Positions 10,006-21,436 of a stretch of 64,000 nucleotides of DNA are shown in pieces. Each line of letters opens with the position of its first letter. Within the stretch, counting starts at the first letter, position 1. The DNA is from an uncultured Spirochaetota bacterium (GTDB lineage Bacteria; Spirochaetota; UBA4802; UBA5550), in contig CAWHAA010000005.1 of NCBI GenBank assembly GCA_963827275.1, positions 745,977-809,976 of the forward strand. The letters run 5' to 3'. The translations under genes and the position numbers were made by a program. The notes under the pieces are model-generated. The model ran no database searches. It saw nothing but the letters and a program-made list of their open reading frames with translations, and was not told the DNA's origin.

Positions 10006-12045
10006 CTAAAACTCCTCAAATCCTTCCTGGGTCAGGATGTCCTTGATGGTGCTGTTCTTCGCCTGTATCGCCGGATCGGACGGCGCGTGCTTTCTGCCGT
10101 TGCCGTTGCCATCGTCCTTCTTCGCCGCCTTCTTCCCGTTCACGTCCATGTGCAGGTGCAGCTCTTTGCGCTTCTTGCCGTACACTTCGTTCTGCACCTC
10201 GTCGCGTATCCTGAATTTTTCCATCATGACGATGAGCTCCTGGGACTGGTTGGACATCTCCTCGCTGGCGGACGCGGTCTCCTCGACCAGCGCCGCATTC
10301 TGCTGCGTCATGGTATCGAGCTCCGCCACCGCTATGTTGATCTGGTCAACGCCCCGCTTCTGCTCGTCGCTGGCGGCTGAGATCTCGGTAATCAGCTGGT
10401 CAACCGACCTGACCGACGATATGATCTTGTTCAGGGCCTCGCCGCTCTTGTTGGCGAACTCGGTGCTTATCGAGACCTTCTCAAGCGAATCCTGGATGAG
10501 CTGGCTGATCTCCTTCGCCGAGCTCCCGGCGCGCTGCGCGAGGTTGCGGACCTCGCCGGCGACCACCGCGAAACCGCGGCCCTGCTCCCCGGCGCGGGCC
10601 GCTTCCACGGCCGCGTTGAGGGCCAGCAGGTTGGTCTGGAAGGCGATCTCGTTGATGACCGATATGATGTCGCCGATCTTCCTGCTGAAGACGTTCACCT
10701 CGTTTATGGCGGTGACCGCATTGCCGACGATCTTGCCGCCCTCTTCCGCCATCCGGTACGAATCGGTCGCCATCTTCTTGGCGTCGAGGGAATTGTCGGC
10801 GTTCTGCTTGATGCTCGCGGTCGCTTCCTCGATGGTGGACGCGACCTCCTCGAGGGACGAGGCCTGTTCCGACGTCCGCTGCGACAGGTTCTCGTTGCCG
10901 CTCGCTATCTCCTGGACCGCCTGCGACAGGTTCTGCACCGCCACGATGATCTCGGACACAAGGTGCTCGAACTGGTTCAGGGAATTGTTCATGGCCTGGG
11001 CTATGTCGCCGATCTCATCACCGGTGATCTTCCCGTCATACCGCTTCGCCAGGTTGCCCTGCGCCATCTCCTCCATCACGCTCTTGCATTCGTCGAGGGG
11101 CTTGAGCCTTCTGGCGATGACAAAATAGATGGCCCCGCCGACGATGCCGATGCCCGCCAGGCCGCAGATGATCATGATGGTGGCCATCGCGCGGGCGTCT
11201 TCATTGATGTCCGAGACATAGATCGTGGCGGCGGAGATGAAATTGTATTCCTTGTTCTTCACGAAGGTCTGGATCTTGCCTTTTCCTTCCCACTCGTACC
11301 TGACCACCGTGCCGCTTTCCGAATTGAGCATCTCTTTTCCCCATTCGTATTTCGCAACATTAAGCTTGAAAATATTCTCTTCGTCCGGATGGGCAAAGGT
11401 CATGCCGTTTTTATCGCACATGTACGGATAGCCGGTCTTCCCGATCTTGATTCCCTTCACGATATTATTCGAAAACATGCCGATATTCAGCGGGTAGCCG
11501 AAAATCCCCACGACCCTGGCGCCGTCCATGATCGGCACGGTGATGAGGATGACGGGGAGCCCGGTTGCGGGGGATTTATACGGGTCACCGACATGGGGCT
11601 TCCCGGCGAGCGTGTTGTTAAGATTGTCTTCAAATCCCTTGCCCGCCCAGCGGAGCCCTATCGTCTTCCCGCCGACGCCGTCAACCATGATGGCGGTATT
11701 TTTATCCGCCGTGGATATGAAGATGTTTTCGAGAAGCCCCGAAGACCTGAAATAATTCGCGAGGAACTCCCTCGCGATGCCGTAGTTTCCCGTTCTCGCA
11801 GCGGTAACGACAACAGTATCGCCGGCAAGGAATTTCGCGACATTGACCTGCTGCTGATAGAAATTCACCAACTGCGACTCGATATCCTTGTTGAAGTTCG
11901 TCAGCTGGTTCAGGTATGAATTTTCAACAGCGTTGTATGACGCGGTATAGGATATTATCACCAGGACAAATGATAGAACTATCACGATTGAGACAACAAA
12001 CGCGGACAGGACTATCTTCAGACTCTTAAACTTATTACTTTTCAT
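10006..12045 (-). CDS. Methyl-accepting chemotaxis protein (TM-dCache-TM-HAMP-signalling) with C-terminal pentapeptide GFEEF
   Basis: [35 protein letters not shown]; Cache motifs; xFxxF tail. Confidence 0.96.
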   Translation of the reverse strand: MKSNKFKSLKIVLSAFVVSIVIVLSFVLVIISYTASYNAVENSYLNQLTNFNKDIESQLVNFYQQQVNVAKFLAGDTVVVTAARTGNYGIAREFLANYFRSSGLLENIFISTADKNTAIMVDGVGGKTIGLRWAGKGFEDNLNNTLAGKPHVGDPYKSPATGLPVILITVPIMDGARVVGIFGYPLNIGMFSNNIVKGIKIGKTGYPYMCDKNGMTFAHPDEENIFKLNVAKYEWGKEMLNSESGTVVRYEWEGKGKIQTFVKNKEYNFISAATIYVSDINEDARAMATIMIICGLAGIGIVGGAIYFVIARRLKPLDECKSVMEEMAQGNLAKRYDGKITGDEIGDIAQAMNNSLNQFEHLVSEIIVAVQNLSQAVQEIASGNENLSQRTSEQASSLEEVASTIEEATASIKQNADNSLDAKKMATDSYRMAEEGGKIVGNAVTAINEVNVFSRKIGDIISVINEIAFQTNLLALNAAVEAARAGEQGRGFAVVAGEVRNLAQRAGSSAKEISQLIQDSLEKVSISTEFANKSGEALNKIISSVRSVDQLITEISAASDEQKRGVDQINIAVAELDTMTQQNAALVEETASASEEMSNQSQELIVMMEKFRIRDEVQNEVYGKKRKELHLHMDVNGKKAAKKDDGNGNGRKHAPSDPAIQAKNSTIKDILTQEGFEEF

Positions 12046-12085
12046 GCAAAACCTCCGAAAGTTAATAAAATTCTAGCACATAACA

Positions 12086-12445
12086 CTACGAGGCCATCGA
12101 ACGGACGGCCTGTATCGCTTTGTCCAGCTCTATCGACTTGTCAAAAAACAGCTCGGCCCCCAGATCGGTGCTTATTATCCTGTAGTACCAGAACGGATAG
12201 TTGGTGAGCACCATCACTGTTATATTCGATCCCGCGTTTTTTATCTTCTTCAGCACCTCGAACCCGTTTCCGTTTTGGAGGGCAATATCAAGGATAACCA
12301 GGTCCGGCTTCTTCTCATCTATTAAACTCAGGGCCTTTGCCGGCTCATCGGCAATGCCGCACAATTCAACGCCATGAATCTGCCCGAGCTCATGGGTCAG
12401 AATTCCCTGGACGATAAGAGAGTCTTCCACGATAATCACCTTCAT
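12086..12445 (-). CDS. Stand-alone receiver-domain protein
   Basis: MKVIIVEDS...LDIAL...LTN...FFDK; start placed at ATG 12445, where REC homology begins. Confidence 0.85.
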   Translation of the reverse strand: MKVIIVEDSLIVQGILTHELGQIHGVELCGIADEPAKALSLIDEKKPDLVILDIALQNGNGFEVLKKIKNAGSNITVMVLTNYPFWYYRIISTDLGAELFFDKSIELDKAIQAVRSMAS

Positions 12446-12672
12446 ATTGTAAACGTAAACCATTCTCTGCAAAGGCATACATCGAATGATTAATGTTCCT
12501 CCTGTGCCCGAGTGCGGCTGAATATCCACCGGATGATACGAACGGGAGTACGTTACCCTGGTCGATGTACCTGTAATATAACGGGTGGGGACTGAATACA
12601 CAATCCGTACAGCGCCTGATTTCCATGTAGGACATTGAGAATACCTTACCGGGGTACGCCCTCGGCCGGGCG

Positions 12673-12719
12673 TAGGAAATCACCTATAAAAAAAGGGGGA
12701 TCGTAGGGGAATTCCCCTA
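12673..12719. promoter_or_regulatory. Pair of TAGG-Nx-CCTA palindromes, candidate NarL/LuxR-type operator
   Basis: TAGGAAATCACCTA (12673-12686) and perfect TAGGGGAATTCCCCTA (12704-12719); centres 32 bp apart, upstream of the REC-MCP-che genes. Confidence 0.6.
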
Positions 12720-12787
12720 AAATACCCATGCGTCGCAATAGTTGATTTTTTTGAGAATTAAACGTGAAACAGGAGGTATGCCGTCAG

Positions 12788-13468
12788 CTATTTGTTCCCT
12801 TGCAGCCATTCTTTCGCGTGGCGGGACAGATCGGAGGAGTTCTGCACGCCCATCTTGCTTTTTATATGGTCCCGGTGCGCTTCAACGGTCTTGATGCTGA
12901 TGTTGAGCCTGGCCGCGATCTGCCGGGCTGTCAGCTCCTGGCCCATGAGACTGAATATCTCCAGCTCGCGGTCGGTGAGGCCGGCAACCGGGTTCCGGAG
13001 GGCCTCATTCCCGGCCGCGGTCAGCCGGTCGAGGAGTTTCGTCGTCATCGCGTCGCTGAAATAGATGTTGCCGGTCAGGACCTTCCGCAGCGCCTTCAGC
13101 AGCACTTCGGGGGGCTGGTCCTTCATGACATACCCCTTGGCGCCCGCCCTGAGCACGCGCTCGGCGAAAACGGATTCATCGTGCATGGAGTAAACAAGCG
13201 CGGGGAGATCGGGATACCGCGCCTTTATGGCCTTGATAAGGTCAATGCCGCTCGAGGACTTCAGGGACAGATCGACCATGACCGCGTCAGGGCCCAGGTC
13301 GGCAACCTGCTGCATCGCCGAATTGATGTCATTTGCCTCGCCGCACACTTCGAGGTCCTTCTCGTTGTTGATCATCTGGGTAAGCCCCCTGCAGATGAGG
13401 GGATGGTCGTCAACGATCAGGATGCGCTTGATGTCTTTATTGATTAATGCTCCCGCCATGGCTCTCAA
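12788..13468 (-). CDS. NarL/FixJ-family response regulator (REC + LuxR HTH)
   Basis: VDDHPL; LTDRELEIF...ISIKTVEAHRDHIKSKM. Confidence 0.95.
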   Translation of the reverse strand: MRAMAGALINKDIKRILIVDDHPLICRGLTQMINNEKDLEVCGEANDINSAMQQVADLGPDAVMVDLSLKSSSGIDLIKAIKARYPDLPALVYSMHDESVFAERVLRAGAKGYVMKDQPPEVLLKALRKVLTGNIYFSDAMTTKLLDRLTAAGNEALRNPVAGLTDRELEIFSLMGQELTARQIAARLNISIKTVEAHRDHIKSKMGVQNSSDLSRHAKEWLQGNK

Positions 13469-16400
13469 TCTTTTTTCAACAGCTTATAGACAGGGAACGT
13501 GCACACTATGCGTACCCCCCCGCCCACGTTGCCCTGGATGGCGAAGGTGCCGTTGATGGTGGCCATCCGGTACGCCATGATCCTCAGCCCGAGGCCCTTA
13601 TGGCTGTCGAACGTATCAGGCCGGCCGGCGCCGTCATCTTCTATGACAAGCATGACGTCATTTTTCTTGTGTGTCAAATGTAATTTTATTCGCCCGGCAT
13701 GGCCGTGCTTTACGGCGTTGTTCACCGCCTCCCGGGCGATATAATAGAGCTGGGTCGATATCATGATGTCCGCTATCACGATGTCGGGGTCCTGGCGATA
13801 GGTGCACTGGATGCCGAAGATGGAGCTGATGTTCGCCGCGAACTGCTCCAGCGTATAGGATATCTCGTTTTCGACAAGATTGGGCGGGTAGAGTTCGCGC
13901 GACAGCATGCGCACCCTGGTGATGATGCGGTATACCTCGCCGGTGATCTCGTCCGACAGCGCCGTTTCGGGCAGTCCCGACTCCCTGAGCTTCTTTGCGA
14001 GGGTGGTGCACATGAACGCGATGCCGGTGAGGTCCTGTCCGAGCCCGTCGTGGAGGTCCCGGCCGAGCCGCTGCTGCTCGACGTCTATGATGCTTATTAT
14101 CTCGTTCTGGAGCCGCTTCCGCTCCGTGATGTCCCGTATGCTCGTATGAACGATCTCCCTGCCGGTCATCGGTATCGCGGTCATGACCACTTCCGAATTG
14201 AACAGGCTCCCGTCGGGCCTGCGGAGCTGCCACTCATACGTGACGCTCCGCTGCCGGAGGGCGAGCTCCGTGTAGCCCTTCCTCCTGTCAACCGAGGACG
14301 CCCCGTCCGGCTGGAATTCGGGGGTGAAGTCATAAAAATTCATGTTGACGACCTGGCCCTTCTCAATGCACCCGAGAATGCTCACCCCCTCGATGTTGCA
14401 GTCAACTATCCGGTCGCCGTCAAAGAGGAACTGCGCGGTCCCCGAATCCTCGAACAGGCGCCGGAACTTCTCCTCGCTCTCCTTGAGCGCGTCTTCGGCC
14501 TTTTTCCTGTCGCTGATGTCGATGACGATCCCCCGCGCGCCGGTTATGGTCCCGTCATGGATGATCGCGCGGCCATGGATGATCACCTGGAGCATGGTCC
14601 CGTCTTTCCTGAGCAGCGTATATTCAGTACCCGTGATCCACTTGCCGGTGAGCACGCTCCTGAAATTTTCCATGCAGCGGTCCCGGTCCGCCGGCGCGAC
14701 AACTTCGACAAAATTAATCGGTTTGATTATATCTTCCGGCGAATAGCCATACACGGAATAGGCAACCCTGTTGACATAGGTTACATTCCCGTCGAGGTCC
14801 AGCTCAAACAGGAGCTCAGGGAGAAAATCCGCAAGCTCGCGGTATTTTATCTCGCTCCGGAGAAGCTCTTCCTCCGCCTTTTTCAGCCACGTGATGTCAT
14901 TGCCGACGGTCAATATCTCCTGTATGGCCCCCGTCGCGTCCCGGACAAGCTTGTTGGTCCATGCAACCCACACGCGCTCGCCGTTACGCTTCATGTTTTC
15001 GTTTTCGTAGCTCTTGTACTTTTCAGGGTCCGCTATGACCTTCCTGACCATGCCCGTCAGGTCTTTTCCCATCGAATCAACCGGCGGGATTATGGTCCCG
15101 ACCAGGTTCTTGCCCACTATTTCACCGCTGCTGAACCCGAAAAAATCCTGGGCAAATTCATTGAAAAACAAGACCGTGCCCTCCGGGTCCACCCTGAGGA
15201 TGATGCTGTTCGCGTTTTCAACCAGCTCGCGGTACCTGCGCTCGCTCTCATGAAGCGCGTCCTCTATCCGCCTCCGTGCGGTTATGTCCTTGAAAAAGTT
15301 AAGCGTCGCGAAGGAGCCCTCCCAGGTGAAGCCGACCGCATTGATCTCGACCCACCGGAACCCGCCGTCCTTATGCAATACGCGGAATTCATATACCGCG
15401 GGGGAGTCAATCGACGCCTGGCGCCGCTGGTAGCGCTCCGCCACCATGGCCCTGTCATCGGGGTGGATAAAATCGATCATGGGGCGCGAACAGAGCTCTT
15501 CAGCCGAAAACCCGGTGACCGCGGTTGTTTTGGGGTTAACATACTTGAGCACGCCCTCCTGCGCGACCGCGATGATCTCTCCGGCGTTCTCCACCAGCAG
15601 CCGGTACCGCTCCTCGCTCTCCCGGAGCACCTGGTTCAAGCGCCTCCGCTCGGAGATGTCACGCCCCACCCCGACAAACCCGACATGCACCCCCCTGTCG
15701 TCCCGCAGGGGGTTGATCACTATCTCGATCCAAACCGTGGAGCCGTCTTTATGCGGCTGCTCGATCTCCACTTTTATGGTAGTGTCCCTCCCGCTCTCGA
15801 TGCTGGCGAGTCCCTGCCGGAACGCCTGGCGCAGGGACACCAATGATTCAGGGGTGACCATGTCCGCGGGCATCAGGTGGATAAGCTCATGCGGTTCATA
15901 GCCCCTGAGCTTGCGTATGGAGGGGCTTATATATGAAAAATGCAGGTCCCTGCCCAGCACGAATATCACGTCATCCATGTTCTCCGCGAGGAGGCGGTAA
16001 TGCGACTCGCTTTTCCTGAGGGCATCTTCCGCCGTTTTGCGCTCGGTGATATCTTTTAAAAAATTCAGAGCGTGGCGTCGGACCCGTTCCATTCGATCCT
16101 GACAGCGGAGAGCTCGACCCACCGGAACCCGCCGTCTTTATGCATCATTCTTAATTCGTAAAAAGGCGGGATCTCCTCCCCCGCCATCCGTTTTCGGTAC
16201 CTTTCGGCCACGAGGCCCCTGTCTTCGGGGTGGATAAACTCCATAAAAGGCCGCGCGAGGAGCTCCTGCTCTGAAAAACCGGTGACCGCGCACGTCATCG
16301 GATTCACGTAGGTAAACAACTCTCCCTGTGCGACGATGATCATTTCCCCGGCATTTTCCACCAGCTGGCGGAATTGCAATTCGCTTTTCCTGAGCGCTTC

Positions 16401-17411
16401 TTCGGCCCTCACGCGTTCCGTGATATTGGTGTCCGCCCCCCGGTAGCCCAGGAGCCTTCCCGATTCATTCAGGATCGGAATAGCGGTTGTTTCCAGCACG
16501 ATAGTGCTGCCGTTTTTATGCACGTTGTGGTTGATATATTTTTTAAACGGCTTCTTTAAGGCAAATGCATGCAAGACCTCCTTCCTGACTTCCTCCCTGG
16601 AGTGCGGGACAAAAAAATCATAAAAATATTTCTTCCCGACAATCTCCTCTGGTTTGTAGCCGATAATATCTTTTACAACGGAATTGGAGTATGTATACAG
16701 CCCGCTGGCGTCCATTTCCCAAATCCACTCCTCCGTGCTTTCGGCTATCTCCCTGAACCGCTCTTCGCTTTTATGCAGCGCCTCCTGCACCCGCATCCGC
16801 TCCGTGACGTCTTCAAGCGTCTCAAGCGCGCCGATGACCGCACCGTTGCCGTCTTTGAGCAGCACCGCGGTAAAGAAGAGCCATATTCCATTCCTGTCTT
16901 TTCCGGAGAAGTAGTCCATCCCCTCATACGCATCAGCCACGTATTTTGATTTTTTGCATTTATCGCCGTACCATTGCCGCAGGCGTTTAAAATCGCCATC
17001 GATCAGCAGGTCCGCCAGTATCGGCCTTTTTTTATGATAAAAGGCCTGCCACTGGGTTTTCGTGCCGATGACCTCCTCCGCCTTGACCCCGCTGATCGAT
17101 TCCAGCGCCCTGTTCCAGGAAAGGACCCGGTGGTCACGGCCGATTATGAGCTGCGGGATCGGTGACCCCTCGACGATCGTCTTGAACCCGGAAGCCACAT
17201 CGCTCCAGGCATCATCCGCGTGCCGGTCCCGTGCCTTTTTCAGCTCCCGGTCCTTTCTCTTCAACTCGGCCTTCAGGTCTTTAATCTCACGCTCAAGCAG
17301 AGGTATCTCCTTCAGGCCGGCGGGCTTTTTCGGTTTTTTCGATGCCGCGGCATTCGTCGCGGACGGTCCGCGGCCCTGTGCCGGTTTTTTTTTCATGGTC
17401 TCTTTTTTCAT
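13465..17411 (-). CDS. Multi-PAS (8 PAS/PAC) HisKA_3 sensor histidine kinase; one apparent frameshift near 16065
   Basis: ORFs 16065..17411 and 13465..16122 join at ..DATL/NFLKDITERK; EQQRLGRDLHDGLGQ, REAVNNAVKH, EDDGAG, GLGL. Confidence 0.88.
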
Positions 17412-17733
17412 TTCATTACCCCGGATGGGCAGCGTTAGGCTTTTTCATGATGACTATTCGATCAGCCATGTGCATCATCTCCAGACCGGCGGGACTCTTG
17501 ACTTCATCCCATTCCGTACTGGTCAAGGTAGCACAGGCCGGCACGATTATCAACAAAAACCCGGACCGCCCTGTTTAAATACGACATAATAAAAATATTT
17601 GTTGACAATATCATTGATGATGAAGTTAAAGAATAGTATATTTTCCAGGGAACCTCAGGAAACTGCCTGCGGCCGCTCTGCAGTACGCGCCGCCGTCCGT
17701 CACATCTATATTTATCATACACGGGTTACAGAC

Positions 17734-20058
17734 ATGGAGTGGACCGATATCATCATTTCGTCGAAAAAAGAGCCGGAGCTGTCGCAGAACGCGAACATCG
17801 TGCTTGAAAAGCGCTACCTGGCAAAGGACGACCGGGGCGCGGTCATAGAAACGCCCACGGCGCTGTTTCAGCGCGTCGCGAAATTCGTCGCTTCCGCCGA
17901 CCTGCAATACGGGAAGAGCGCTGCGGAAGCGGGCCGGACCGCGACCGCGTTTTACGAGATGATGGCCGACCTCCAGTTCCTCCCCAATACGCCCACGCTC
18001 ATGAACGCCGGCAGGCCCCTGGGCCAGCTCTCGGCATGCTTCGTGCTTCCCGTCGAGGACTCCATGGACAAGATCTTCGACGCGGTAAAGAACATGGCGC
18101 TCATCCACAAGAGCGGCGGCGGCACCGGCTTTTCCTTCTCCCGGCTCCGGCCCAAGGACGATATCGTCAAGTCCACCGCGGGCGTTTCGAGCGGGCCCGT
18201 CTCCTTCATGAACATCTTCAACGCCGCCACGGAGACCGTCAAGCAGGGCGGGACGCGGCGCGGCGCCAACATGGCGATACTCTCGGTGGACCATCCCGAC
18301 ATCATCGGGTTCATCAGGGCGAAGGAAGACAAGAACGCGCTCACCAACTTCAACATCTCGGTGGCGCTCACCGACGAATTCATGGAAGCCCTCGAATCGG
18401 ACGCCGAGTACCCGCTGATCAACCCGAACTCGAAAAAGGTCGTGAAAAAGACTGAAGGCCGCGGAGGTCTTCGACCTCATCGTGCGCAAGGCGTGGGAGA
18501 GCGGCGAGCCGGGCATCGTCTTCATTGACCGGATCAACGCGGCGAACCCCCTGAAAAAGATCGGCATGATAGAGAGCACCAACCCCTGCGGCGAGCAGCC
18601 CCTGCTCCCGTTCGAATCGTGCAATCTCGGCTCGATCAACCTGAATAAAATAATCAGGAAGGAACGGAAAGGATACGCGGTCGATTACGAAAAGCTCGGG
18701 GCCATCACGAGGCTCGCGGTCCGCTTCCTTGACAACATCATCGACCTGAACCGCTATCCCCTGGACGAGATAAAGGAAAACACCATGGCCAACCGGAAGA
18801 TCGGCCTCGGCATCATGGGCTTCGCGGACGTACTCATACGCCTCGGCATCCCCTACAATTCCGACGGAGGCGGTGGCGACCGCGGAAAAAATCATGTCCG
18901 CCATACAGGAGGAATCAAAGCGCGCCTCGGAGGAGATCGCGAAGGAACGCGGGCCCTTCCCCAATTTCGCCCGCTCGGCCTATGCCGACCGGGGCGCGGC
19001 GCCGCTGCGCAACGCCACGACCACGACCATCGCGCCCACCGGCACGATCAGCATCATCGCCGGGACATCGAGCGGCATCGAGCCGATCTACGCCCTGGCC
19101 TACGTGCGCAACGTGATGGACAACAACATCCTGGTCGAGGTGAACCCGCTGTTCGAGGAGATCGCCCGCGAGGGGGGCTTCTACGACGATGAGATCATGG
19201 CGCGCATCGCCGAGCACGGTTCCGCGGCCGGCATCGACGGCATCCCGGAGGAGGCGCGGCGGGTCTTCGTGAGCGCCCATGACATATCGCCGGATGGCCC
19301 ATATCAGCATCCAGGCCGCGTTCCAGAAATACGTGGACAACGCCGTTTCCAAGACCGTCAACTTCAAGAGCACCGCCACCATGGAGGAGATCGAGCAGGT
19401 GTACCTCTCGGCGTACCGGCTCGGGTGCAAGGGCGTGACCGTGTACCGCGACCAGTCGCGCGAAAACCAGGTGCTCGATACCGGGAAAAAGGCGGAAGCG
19501 AAGCAGGCGGAGGCGGGCGCCGCCGCGCCTTCAGGCGAGCGGCCGCACATCTCGCCACGCCCGCGGGGCGAGATCACCTGGGGCGCCACGCGCAAGATGG
19601 CCACCGGGTGCGGCTCCCTCTATGTCACCATCAACGAGGACGAGCAGGGGCTCTTCGAGGTCTTCGCGGCCATGGGCAAGGGCGGCGGCTGCGCCGCCAG
19701 CCAGACCGAGGCGGTAAGCCGCCTCATCTCCCTGGCGCTGCGGAGCGGCCTTGACCGCGACCAGATCGTCAAGCAGATCAAGGGCGTCCGCTGTCCCAAC
19801 CAGGCCTGGGAAAAGGGCGGCCGGATCTATTCCTGCGCCGACGCCATCGCCAAGGCGCTCGAGCGGCATTCAGGCGCCGCCGCCGGCCAGGAGCGGATCA
19901 ACGAGAGCATACAGGAGGCGGCGAAGAACATCGCCGAGACCAACGGCAAGGGGCGCGATACGGTCATGGTGGGCGTGTGCCCCGATTGCGGCGGGCCGCT
20001 CGAATTCGAATCCGGGTGCTCCGTCTGCCGATCGTGCGGCTTCTCCCGCTGCGGGTAA
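17734..20058 (+). CDS. nrdJ: Class II (B12-dependent) ribonucleotide reductase with C-terminal TSCPD/Zn-ribbon; 3 apparent frameshifts (~18450, ~18870, ~19295)
   Basis: [52 protein letters not shown]...[10 protein letters not shown] across four overlapping ORFs. Confidence 0.92.
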
Positions 20059-20081
20059 GGCACGGACAGAATGATCATGAC

Positions 20082-20118
20082 AAAAAAAACCCGCCCTGCG
20101 TCCGCAGGCGGGTTTTTT
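20082..20118. terminator. Bidirectional intrinsic terminator
   Basis: A-tract, CCCGCCCTGCG-TC-CGCAGGCGGG hairpin, T-tract, between convergent genes. Confidence 0.85.
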
Positions 20119-20140
20119 CATCCGGCGCGCGCCTTCCGCA

Positions 20141-20458
20141 TCATGCCGCGTTCAGGTTCAGAAACCCCGTTATATCGAGGAAGGTCATGATCCGCAGAAC
20201 GTTTTCGCACACGCCGTCAATATAGAGCTCTTTGCCCGTCTTTTGCATCCCGGTCTTCAGCGAGATAAACATCCCCACCGCGGATGAATCAATGTGGCTG
20301 ACGTTGGAAAGGTCGATTATGACGCGCCGCGCGCCGCTTGCGTGTATTGTTTTTTCCAGGAAGCCCAGTATGAAGGATGTTGAATTGAAGACAAGTTCGT
20401 TCTTAAGCATAACCATGCGCAGGTCGTCCCCGTCATGTTCCAGCTTCACATAATCCAT
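20141..20458 (-). CDS. STAS anti-anti-sigma factor
   Basis: IIDLSNVSHIDSSAVG motif; start taken at MDYVK. Confidence 0.85.
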   Translation of the reverse strand: MDYVKLEHDGDDLRMVMLKNELVFNSTSFILGFLEKTIHASGARRVIIDLSNVSHIDSSAVGMFISLKTGMQKTGKELYIDGVCENVLRIMTFLDITGFLNLNAA

Positions 20459-20620
20459 CCTGTTCACGACCAATGATCCCCCGGGGAGTATGCCTTTTAT
20501 GAGACATAAAAATATTGCCAATAATAATCGGCATATACAAAAATATGTCAATGATTATTTTTGTACAACTGTTAAATTATGAGCGGGGGCACGCGGCTGG
20601 CATGTGACAATGAAACCAGT

Positions 20621-21430
20621 TCACATCTGGATTATCTTCAGATCGCGCGGAAACTGCGAGTCACGGTATGTCTTTACCTTCACCGGGTCATTCAGCACGA
20701 CACCGCTGAAATGTATATCGAGCCTGAGGCGGGAATTATGCCCCACGATGGCGATGCTTGAGAAGAGCCTGCTGGCGCCACGGGTGACCGGGCGGGACAG
20801 GTACACCTCGAACTTTTCCCCGGTCTTCTTCGCGACGAGCTTGATCCTGTCAGGGTCGTTCTCTTTAAAGGATATTGTCTGATAAAAGCGCGGATTCTCG
20901 AGTATCAGCATCGACCCCTTCCGGTCATTTGCAGTGAGGCCCTGCCGCACCGAGTAACCCGGGATCACCGGCACGGTCCCGGCAATCAGGCCGGAGAGAA
21001 GGTTAAAATCAACGGCAATGCCGCCGTAATTCGCCAGGTCGATTTTTTTCACGCTGTCCACATACATCTTCCTGTCCGCGGGATAATAGATGCGTATGGT
21101 GTCGCCTTCACGGAAAAGGGTCGTCAGGGGGCTCCTGAAAATAAAGTCGATGAATGCCACGTACAGCAGCTCCTGCCGCTTATCGAACTGGAGACGGCCG
21201 AGCAGCCGGTACCGCTGTTCCGCCCTGCTGCCGTTGATGGAGAAATCGGCGGTACAGAAATCCGGGGAATTCCGGTTGATCTCGCTGATGGCGCCGAGCA
21301 TGTCGCGTATGCCGTCCTTACCGCACGCGTGGTAGCGGTCGGCGAGCGCCTCATCGTCGCGGAGGGGCGCGGTGCCGCAGCCGACGGCCGACGCGGCAAG
21401 GACTATCAACAAAGGGACCAACACTCGCAT
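20621..21430 (-). CDS. Lipoprotein, possibly DUF4292/LolB-like fold
   Basis: Lipobox AVGC; beta-rich; directly downstream of a TPR gene. Confidence 0.5.
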   Translation of the reverse strand: MRVLVPLLIVLAASAVGCGTAPLRDDEALADRYHACGKDGIRDMLGAISEINRNSPDFCTADFSINGSRAEQRYRLLGRLQFDKRQELLYVAFIDFIFRSPLTTLFREGDTIRIYYPADRKMYVDSVKKIDLANYGGIAVDFNLLSGLIAGTVPVIPGYSVRQGLTANDRKGSMLILENPRFYQTISFKENDPDRIKLVAKKTGEKFEVYLSRPVTRGASRLFSSIAIVGHNSRLRLDIHFSGVVLNDPVKVKTYRDSQFPRDLKIIQM

Positions 21431-21436
21431 GGGCGC

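Noticed and set aside
12446..12601. c-di-GMP riboswitch or N-terminal extension before the REC gene
   Set aside because: No GEMM consensus; the extension has no domain character
13699..15846. 715-aa plus-strand ORF and similar long antisense ORFs (e.g. 8582..10009, 2112..3221)
   Set aside because: Shadow frames of GC-rich genes on the opposite strand; no motifs
17580..17733. Cobalamin riboswitch or NrdR boxes upstream of nrdJ
   Set aside because: No B12-box seen; only weak AT-rich NrdR-like matches (AAAAATATTTGTTG, CACATCTATATTTAT)
18440..19300. Programmed frameshifting, intein or intron in nrdJ
   Set aside because: Breaks are single extra bases without a common slippery site or inserted sequence; the same pattern occurs in many unrelated genes
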